A DNA stretch of 13,591 bases. Origin: Fonticula alba ATCC 38817. Its lineage: Eukaryota; Protista; Nucleariida. Both the position numbers and the translations under genes were made by a program. Location of the stretch: the NCBI GenBank assembly GCA_000388065.2, contig KB932246.1; one strand, written 5' to 3'. Positions 1-8,387 of the stretch are shown one piece after another (within the stretch, counting starts at the first letter, position 1; every line of letters begins with the position of its first letter). The notes beneath the pieces were generated by a model that made no database searches, was not told where the DNA came from, and saw only the letters and a list, made by a program, of their open reading frames with translations.

Positions 1-99
1 GACCTTCGTCGGCCGTTTGTTGTTGCTTCACCTCGTCCTGTTGCCTGCCGGCCAGCGCCTGCCGCCTTGCCCTTGTCCCCGCGCGCCTTCGGTGTTTTT

Positions 100-121
100 C
101 CCCCCCCCCCCCCCCCCCCCC
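100..121 (+). repeat. Poly-C run (22 nt) in an XPD intron, upstream of CTAAC branch point (131-135)
   Basis: Directly visible; followed by acceptor CAG ending at 152. Confidence 0.9.
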
Positions 122-152
122 TATTCCGGGCTAACATCTCCTCCACTTGCAG

Positions 153-2977
153 GGTCGAGCGCGTGGACCGCAAGCGTCTGGAGGATGAGTATGACTCTCT
201 GATTCGGGGTACGCTGGGCTGTTGAGAAAATATGCCCGTTCGCCCCTTTTTCTGTCGGCTCTTCCCCTTCTCCCTCTCTGACCGTTCGCCCTCTCCCCTC
301 CTCCTCCGCCCATTCCTTGCCTCAGGCCTCCGTGCTACGGATGACAACCCGGTGGTGGCCACATCGCGGGACTTCACCCTGACGAACGATGCTCCCGGTG
401 TGGGTGTAACCCCGGCCCCGACCCTGGCGGCGGATGTGCCCTCCGGCCCGATGCCGGGGAATATCCGCAAGGCTCGCCACTTCCTCGGAACACTGCTGCG
501 TCTTCTGGAGTACCTGAAGGTTCATACAAGACACATGGACATGCTATTGGCCCTTTGGCTGTTCTCTTTCTTGTTCTGGCCATGCGCCGTGTTGTCCTGA
601 CACCTCGATGCTCCTCCCCGGGCCCGGCCCTCCCTCGACGCAGACTCGGCTGGTTTTGTCTGATGTGCTGATCGAGACACCAGGCCAGTTTATCGAAACC
701 CTGACGAGCAGCATCCGCACCGAGCGCCGGTCCCTGCGGTACGTGTGAATCACCCTTTCCTGCATTCTCCGGGCCCGAATCTCGGCACTCACATGTCACG
801 CCTTTCCTTGATCTCGCTCAACAGGTTCGTCCACTCGCGTCTCACATCGTTGATTCGCGCGCTCGAGATGCCAGTCTCGCATAGTGGGGCCATTGCCCAC
901 TTGGAGCGGGTGGCTTCCTTTGCCACGCTGGCGGCCACCTACGAATCGGGCTTTTCGCTTGTCTTTGAACCGGGGGGCTTCATGCTCGGTGGTTCGGCGG
1001 CCCTTCTCCGGCGGACGGGCGGGGCCACGGCAAACTCCGTGTTTGCCGGACTGCCTGGGATGCCGCCGACTGGCGCGGCCGCGCATGACAACCGCGCTCC
1101 AGGGTGGGACACGGTTCTGCACTTCTCGTACGTCTGAAGATCCCGATGCATTGTCGCCCTTCCCCCCCTCCCCCCCTCCCCCCCCGGCGAGTTGTGCTCT
1201 GACGCCCGCCCCTTCCTTCGTTGCTCCTCCTGGAACGTGCCAGCTGCCTTGACCCATCGATTGCGATGCAGCCAATTTTCCGCCGCTTCTCCAGTGTGAT
1301 TCTCACGTCCGGCACCCTCACGCCTCTGGGAATGTACGAGTCGATTCTCGGCTTCCGGGCGGTGGTGACCGACAGCTTCGGGGCCACCCTGCCGCGAGAG
1401 TGCTTCCTCCCGATGGTACGCAGAGTGTCTCGGCATATCCCCATCCGCATTCCGTCCGGGGGGGCCCGCATGACCGGAGACCGAGCTCTTGGCCCTTTCC
1501 TCTGCCCACCTCGATCGATCTCCGATGTCCTTGGTTTCCTGGCCATTTGCTGACCCACGCTCGTGTGTCCCTTGTCCCCCCTCCCTGCCCCTCCCTGCCC
1601 CTCGGCCTGGTTCAAGGTTGTCACTCGTGGCAGCGATCAGTTGACGGTGTCGACGCAGCACAGCAAGCGTCACGATCGGGCGGTGATTGCCAACTTTGGC
1701 AAGCTGCTGCTGGACATCGCGCGCTGTGTGCCCGACGGCATTGCGGCCTTCTTCCCTTCGTACGGCTACATGGAGCATGTGCTGTCCGAGTGGAATCGTC
1801 ATGACGTCCTTGGTGCCTTGCTGGCCACTACAAAGCTGATTTTCGTGGAGACGCCCTGTCCGGCGGAAACGGCCCAGGCACTTGCGAACTATCGCTTGGT
1901 ACGGCGTTTCCGCCATGTCTCAGCCTCCCTGCCTTGCCTTGGCCCTCTTTGTCTGCTCTCCGGGCAACTCCCGTGGTCCTTCTCTGACATGCTTCCTGGC
2001 ACTTTTTTTTTCCCCCGCTCCACGCAGGCGTGTGACAATGGCCGAGGGGCCATTCTGCTGGCGGTCGCCCGTGGCAAGGTGTCCGAGGGCATTGACCTGG
2101 ACAATCATTATGGACGGGCGGTCATTGTGTTTGGCGTGCCCTTCCTCCACACGGAGAGCCCGGTGACCAAGGAGCGCCTGGCCTTCCTGCGCCAGGAACG
2201 ACAGATTTCCGAACGCGAGTTCCTCACCTTCGACGCCGTGCGTCAGGCGGCCCAGTGTGTGGGTCGAGCCATCCGCGGCAAGACTGACTACGGGCTGATG
2301 ATCTTCGCGGACTATGTACGTCTGTGGATGCTTCTTTGCCCCCTTCGGGCTCTCTCCTCTCTTTGCCCCCCTCCTCGCGCACATGTCACGAGCAAGCCGC
2401 CACCCTCCATGTGCCCTCAATTGCCCGTCACCTGACAGGATCCTCCCATTCCCCTTGATAGCGATACGATGATGATAAGCGCCGGCGTCTGCCTCGTTGG
2501 ATCAACAGCGCCTTCCACCGGGACTCGGTCAATATGTCCACAGACATGGCGGTCACCATGGCTAAGCGCTTTGTCCGGGCGATGGCTCAGCCGTATGATC
2601 GGGTGCGCCTTTTGTCTCCCCTGTTCTTCTCCCCCGCCCCCCCCCTCCCTCCCCCTCCCCTGCCCCGCCCCCTGTCTCTCCCACCTCTATCTGGCTCCCC
2701 TCAGGGCGATCTCTGGCTTGCGGGCGAGGCGTCGGTAGTCTCCAAACTGACCTTCCTCTTTCCATGTTTCCCCCCTTGTTTCCTGCGGTCCTCGCCGGAA
2801 AAGAACACGGAGGTCGAGAAGTCCCTCTGGACCGGGCAGAAGGCGCAGGCCTTCTTCTCTTCAAACAGCCAGCCCGGCAGCCAAGCCTCTCGGTTGAAGG
2901 GGGCGTCGAGTGCATCTTCCGACCAGCAGCAGTCCTCCCGGAAGCGGCCTCACTCAAGCATTGCCGCCGAGCAGTAG
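153..2977 (+). CDS. ERCC2: TFIIH DNA helicase XPD/Rad3, 5'-partial; join(<153..208,326..519,644..738,825..1127,1244..1415,1617..1898,2028..2315,2462..2602,2804..2977)
   Basis: Spliced translation gives VERVDRKRLEDEYDSLIRG, PGNIRKARHFLGTLLRLLEYLK, LHFSCLDPSIAMQPIF, VILTSGTLTPL (motif III), VPDGIAAFFPSYGYME, GAILLAVARGKVSEGID (motif V), QCVGRAIRGKTDYGLMIFAD (motif VI), LPRW and MAQP. These are colinear with recalled human XPD/yeast Rad3. All 8 complete introns are GT..AG with consistent phases. Stop TAG is at 2975-2977. The N-terminal HD1/Fe-S part lies upstream of the window. Confidence 0.96.
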
Positions 2978-3113
2978 CCCATAAAGCCGGTGGCCATGCC
3001 TCGGGACAGCGCCGATTGGAGAATTAATTCAAATACATTAACTTGGCATATACGTTGGCAACCTATAATTCCCAGGCTCATCTCCGCGGATGGCCCCCTT
3101 CCCTGTTATACAT

Positions 3114-3129
3114 ACGCGCGCGCGCGCGT
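3114..3129. repeat. A(CG)7T perfect 16-bp palindrome within a 23-nt alternating purine-pyrimidine tract (3107-3129)
   Basis: TATACATACGCGCGCGCGCGCGT read directly. Confidence 0.9.
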
Positions 3130-3220
3130 TTCTGGCGGCGACTCTCTGGACATCCTGGCGCGAGACCCAAGCGATCGGGGTACCCTCCGACATCCCTGCG
3201 CGAGAGGGACACCTGTGCAT

Positions 3221-3248
3221 GTGTGTGTGTGTGTGTGTGTGTGTGGGG

Positions 3249-3290
<42 letters not shown>
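3221..3290 (+). repeat. (GT)12 microsatellite (3221-3244) abutting a 41-nt poly-G run (3250-3290)
   Basis: Directly visible. Confidence 0.95.
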
Positions 3291-3291
<1 letters not shown>

Positions 3292-3431
3292 AAGAGTGGG
3301 GTACGGGCGGAAGGGTGCCCGCCCAGTCAAAGAGGAATCAAGCTGTGGACACCGCCCCGGGGCTGTCTCGCCTCCGCTGACACGCCGAGTGTCGGGGTGG
3401 GTGCTTGCCCTCCCCCGCCCTCCCTGGGTGT

Positions 3432-3484
3432 CTCTCGCTCTCGCTCTCGCTCTCGCGCGCGCCAATCGAGGGGGGGGGGGGGGG
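3432..3484 (+). repeat. (CTCTCG)4 (3432-3455), then CGCGCG, CCAAT (3462-3466) and G15 (3470-3484)
   Basis: Directly visible in the XPD-PMT intergenic region. Confidence 0.9.
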
Positions 3485-3841
3485 CTCATGTCGATATGTG
3501 GTGTTCGTGTGCATTCATGTGCGTGAATGTATGCGTGTCCGCTCGGCCTTCGGGTGCAGGTGGGGGAATGTGCCGGTGTGGGAGGCGGGCTCGATTTGCG
3601 CCGGTAATGTCTGTCTACAGCCTCCCCCTCCCCGGGCCTGGAGGCCGTTGAGAGAAAAAGAGGGCGTACCCAGTGGGAACGGCCGTCTCCTGCCTCTCAA
3701 GCATATGCCAGTTTCTGTTTCCCCTGCTCTTCCATCTGCCTGCCCGTTCCTGCTTTCACTGCTTGCACCCCCTTCCTCTTTGCATATCTAGTCCACCACC
3801 CGACTTTCCAGGGTTCGGCTGTCGTGGAGTGCCCTGCCGCC

Positions 3842-6800
3842 ATGACGTCCAAGGATGTGGCCACATCGCGAACGCCAGTGCGACAGCGGCAGCGCCCACG
3901 GGCTGATGTCGCAAACCCAATGCAGCCCCAGGCCTCCGCCACCTCCTCGATGCCCCCTGTCAAAGCTCCCAATGAGGGCCTCCAAAGCGAGTGCCCCTCG
4001 CCAGCCACGCGGGTCCTCGGAAGGGGCGTGCCGGTGGCCGTGCCGGCCGGTCCGAAGAATCCGGTGCGCGACCGGCGCATCTGGGTCGATTGGGTCCTAG
4101 AGCTGGCTTTGGTGCTGTTTGCCTTGCCATTTCGCACTCGGGGCTTTGCCTTTCCCGGGTCGGTGGTGTGCGTTCCTTTTTTTTTCTTCTTTCCCCCTTT
4201 GTATCGCACCCGGGCCCATGGGTGGCTACACACTTGTCCCTCTTTGCCCAAGCAGCTTGCCTGCTGACTGCCCCTGCTCGATTGCCCTTCCAATGCTGGG
4301 TCGTGTGAAGTTTCGATGAGCTGCACTTCACCCGCATGGCTCGGGACTACCTCACCGGATGGTTCCATCTGGATGTCCATCCGCCCTTTGGCAAGATGTT
4401 CCTGGCCTATGCCGGCCACTGCCAAGCGCGCATTGTGCATTTCCTGTCGCAGATCGGGCTCACCGGCTTTGTGGACGCCTGCGCGCGCTGGGCTGGATTC
4501 CCGCGTTTTTCCGCGGCCGCGGCCGCACTGGAGCCCCTCGGCGATGTGACCCGGCACCTTGGCAGCCTGGAGCAGATTGGCTCGCACTTTTCCCCAGAGC
4601 CAACATACTACGTGGGAATGCGGTGCGATTGGAGGAGTAGAGGTGGTGGTGGTGGTGGTGGTGGTAGCAGTGGTGGTGATGACGGGCGGGGGAGGCGCCG
4701 AGGCCCAGCTGGAGGAGCATTGTGACATTGCCGGGCACTGACATTGTCCCCCTGCTCTTTGTGGCAGCCTGCTGAGCGTCATTGTCGGCGTCGGGCTGCT
4801 TCCCTTGCTCTTTAAGTCGCTGCGTATCCAGGGTGTCGGTCGGCCGTTGGCTGTCTTCATGGCCCTGCTGCTGATGTTCGGTGCGTCTTTGTGGTTCATG
4901 TAGCCCGATGCCAGGGTCTAGCTGCTTGGGATTGAGACGGTGCTGACGCGGCTTTGGCACCACTCGACAGAGTCCTCCTTCGAGGTGCAGTCGCGCTTTG
5001 CCTTTTTGGATTCGCAACTCATCTTCTGGTGTGGCTTTGCCTGGTACTATTGGATCCGTTATGAAACTCGCTGTGATGGATTCCTCCAAAGCATGGCAGC
5101 GGAGTTGCGCAACTCCGACACCGAAGCACGCTGCGAGCCCGGGCCCCGGGTGCATGCATCGCTTCTCGGGTGGCAGGGCCGTCTGCCGGAAATGGATATC
5201 ATCTATTGCGGAATTCTCCTGGGTCTGGCGTGCAGGTGCGCTCTCTGTCCTCCCCTCCCCCCCCCCCCCCCCCNNNNNNNNNNCCCCCCTATGTGGGTGG
5301 CCTCGCAAATGGCCCCAGCCAATGATGAACCGAGCCCTTACCATGCCCTTGCCATGCGGGTCCCCCCTCCATAGCGTGAAGACCGTCGGCCTGTTCACAG
5401 TGGCAGCGGTGGTTCTTCGTTTGGTGGTGCTCACTTGGCGCCTGGCGCAGGATCCTCGCCTTCCACTGGTATGTCCGGAACTCCCAGCCAGGGCCGCCTC
5501 CCACCACCGCCCGGCGGTCTGACCCTTCTCCCACCTGGCAGGCAACAACACTTGCACGCGGCGTGCGGCACCTGGTGACGATTCTCCTCTGCGTGGCTGG
5601 CATCCTCGGGGGCTTTTACGCATGGCACCTGTCTTTGCTGTCGGGGCACGCGCCGGCGCATGTGAACAGCATCGGCGGCATTCGCCACCTGGGGCCACAT
5701 TGGTCGCAGATGTTGACAGCGGCAGCCGACCACCCGGGTGACGAAGTGCCAATGTCCAAGGTTGATGGTATGGTTTGCTTCCTTGACCGGGGCTCCTCGG
5801 GCCCAGAGGGCTGGCAAGCAACTGACACCGACGAACATCAGTGGTCGCCTTCGGTAGCCAGGTGACACTCGGCTTGTCATCCAACGCCCTGGACGGGGAC
5901 CATCGTGGCAGTTTCTTGTGCACGCCGGAGCTGCCAGCGGCCGCGAGTGACGCGCCGGCCGCCGCACCGGGTCACCGGCTTGTGGCTGTGGATCGTGGGC
6001 CGCTTTGCCGGCAGGCACATTGGACGGTGGAACTGGCGGACCGGGACATCGCCTCGGCGGAGGCCTCGGTAACGACGTCACCCCAGCTTCGCCCGAACTC
6101 GGTGGGTCCCCATGTGTTGTCGTGCTTTTTCTCTTTTCTTTTATCGCCCCTTTTGTCCGCCGTCGCCTCTCTCGTTCTGCCCTCCTCCCTCCTGCCGTGG
6201 CAAGGCGAATGGCTTTCCGCCTGACTGACGCTCGATCGGTGGCTATGGCAGTTCCTCCGCCTTCGAGATGCCGCGTCTGGCAGTCTGCTCACTGTGGCCC
6301 GGGGCACCGATCATCGTCCCGATGCTCCGGACTTGGTGGTGATTGCCACAAACTCGACGAAGGCCCTCGCTCGGGATGTGTGGCGATTGGAGCCGGTTGC
6401 CAGCGCCTGGCCAGGGCCACTGTCCCTCTCGCAGCCGCATCTGGGCACATACCTCCAGTCTGAGCCGGATGGCGGGGCGGTTGGGGAGATGGTCAGCCAG
6501 TGGACATCGGCCGCGGCCGCGGATGCTGCTGGTCCAACCGGCGAGGCAGTGCTCCTATCCTTCCTGACACAGTTCCACCTTTTCCATGTCAAGGCAGGGT
6601 GCTACTTGGCGGCATCCGAGCTTCGCCCAGCCGGAGTGGCCGGGCTGACGGCCTCCGGTCGACTGTTGACCTGTGTCAAGCGCCCGACCAAGCAGCCCAA
6701 TCCCATTCCCGAGGGTGGGCTCCTCCGCCGGGGCACGCTTGGGCTTTGGGGCCCCGGGGCCCCGGGGCCCGGGGTCCCGGCCACATGGACTGTGACCGAT

Positions 6801-7779
6801 GTGCTGGCCGGGGCGTCCAGCGCGGCCACGGTGTCACTGCCCTGTCGGACAACCCTGCCTCTGGGTCAGCGACTGGTGGAATTGGCGGCGGCCACACTGC
6901 GCCTGCATCGGGGCCTGACCGAACAGCACTCGGCCGCGTCCAGTCCGTGGGCCTGGCTGGTGGGTCGTGTGCCGGCGGCCCTGTACTGGACCGCTCACCA
7001 GCACCGCATGGCCGGGCGGACTGGGGATCGCCCGGATTTGGAAGCGGTGCCTGCAAGTGCTTCAGGCAGCTCGGAGATTCGATTTGTGGCCAACCGGCCT
7101 GCTTGGTTGTTGGTTTTGTTGGTGGTAGCCCTGGTGTATCCTGGCTGGCGGTTTGTCGATGCGGTGCTGCATGCGCGTGGGTGTGGTCCAGATTGCACGG
7201 TCCATGGTCGGAGCTGGCTCATCCTTTATGGCTCGGAGGACTGGGTGGCGGATGATGTTCGCCAGCAGGACAAGCTTTACCCGGCGGGGTCCGGGGCGGA
7301 TCTCCGGCTTGAGGTGACTCGCCGGGCTGGCTGCCGCTATCAAACCAGCGAGTGGCTTCGGCGCATGGATGCCAGCTGGCTGGGCTGGCTGTGTCACTTC
7401 GTGCCCTTTTGTTTGATGGGTCGGACGGTACGCGAGCCGGTCACCCTTTCTGTCGCTCGCCCCCTTGCATTGGCTCCTGCCGCCTCCTTTCCCCGACGGC
7501 GTGGGCATTTCCGTGATCGCCTGCTGACCCTGTTCACATTTATGAGCATAGCTGTTTGCCCACCACTACCTTGTGGCCCTTTTCTTTGGGTATCTTCTCA
7601 TGGGTCTTGCTTTGCAAATGGGCTGGGAGCTGGCCCGGCGTCGGTGGGTCGAGAGCGCGGCCACATCCTCAACCAATGCCCCGCGGTGGATGGGCATGGT
7701 TATTTTCGGCTGCGCCACAGCTTTGGTCGCTGGACTCTTGTGTCATGGCTATCTGGCGGCCAATAGTCTCACCAATTAG
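3842..7779 (+). CDS. PMT: Dolichyl-phosphate-mannose:protein O-mannosyltransferase (PMT/POMT, GT39), 999 aa; join(3842..4167,4311..4622,4768..4880,4971..5235,5375..5468,5542..5767,5842..6101,6252..7427,7552..7779)
   Basis: Start context GCCGCCATG at 3836-3844. Spliced product contains VVFDELHF (catalytic DE motif), DVHPPFGK, YVGMR, SRFAFLDS, SVKTVGLF, MIR-like VAFGSQVTL / FLRLRD / QFHLFHVKAGCYL, HSAASSPWAW and GWLCHFVPFCLMGRTLFAHHYL. Exons sum to exactly 3000 nt with matching phases. The exon 7 donor (6102 vs 6069), the exact C-terminus and the subfamily are less certain. Confidence 0.92.
4642..4665 (+). repeat. (GGT)8 trinucleotide repeat inside PMT intron 2
   Basis: Directly visible; continues imperfectly to ~4680. 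Confidence 0.9.
5274..5283. other. Assembly gap (10 N) inside PMT intron 4, flanked by poly-C
   Basis: N run preceded by C17 (5257-5273) and followed by C7. Confidence 0.95.
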
Positions 7780-7841
7780 TGGTGGTCCCTCGGAGAGAGC
7801 ATCCTTGTGTTGTCTGGAAGCCCTTTCCTGATATGGCTCTA

Positions 7842-7847
7842 AATAAA
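7842..7847 (+). promoter_or_regulatory. Candidate polyadenylation signal AATAAA for the PMT gene
   Basis: Canonical hexamer 62 nt after the PMT stop codon, in the convergent intergenic region. Confidence 0.5.
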
Positions 7848-8306
7848 TCCCAAGCAGATGAAGTTGAATGGAGAGAGGCAGAGAGAGGCGGGTAATGTGT
7901 CCACAGACAGATATACCGACCGAAGGGGTCAAAAAAGAAAAAGGGGGGGGAAAGAGAAAAAAGAGGCCAGGTAGAGGGACTCACAGCAGGCTATATTTTG
8001 CCCAATATGGGAGAGGAATACAAAACAGACAGTGTCCCCACAGAGTGCACAGTGGCATCATGCGCGCCGCGGGTGGCAGAGGAAGAGGAGGGCAGCTGGG
8101 CGCGGGGGAACCCCATAAAACAGGGAGCAAGACGGAAAGGACTATTTTCCTTCCGATGTCGCATTTTCCGCGTCCCCGACCGGCCCTGTGTCTCACTCTC
8201 TTGTGACAAGCCGGAGAGCGGAGGAGGGGGGGGGGGGGAAGGGGGCGTGCGTGTGTATGCACATGCGTATGTGGCGCATTCCTTCCTGACATACAGACAC
8301 TCCCCC

Positions 8307-8387
8307 TTAGAAGAGGGTGGCCAGAACGGCGAGGGCGCCAGCAGCAGCCATGCCCAGAACCGAGGGGGCCAGACGAGCAGCGGAGTT
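8307..8387 (-). other. Putative GPI-anchor signal (candidate omega residues N-S-A, short spacer, hydrophobic tail to the stop)
   Basis: Translation NSAARLAPSVLGMAAAGALAVLATLF* has no cytoplasmic tail after the hydrophobic stretch, and the protein has an N-terminal signal peptide. Confidence 0.7.

Noticed and set aside
4460-5923. 487-aa minus-strand ORF, and similar long ORFs at 939-1916 and 3697-4899
   Set aside because: They are antisense to well-supported spliced genes, cross introns and in one case an N gap, and have low-complexity Arg/Gly/Thr composition.
6069-6074. Alternative PMT donor GTAACG
   Set aside because: It lacks +5 G. The 6102 donor GTGGGT restores the LRPNS-FLRLR spacing expected at the start of a MIR repeat.
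7843-7853. 11-mer ATAAATCCCAA shared with 10521-10531
   Set aside because: A single short match flanking the protease gene at different distances; no further similarity or TSD-like context.
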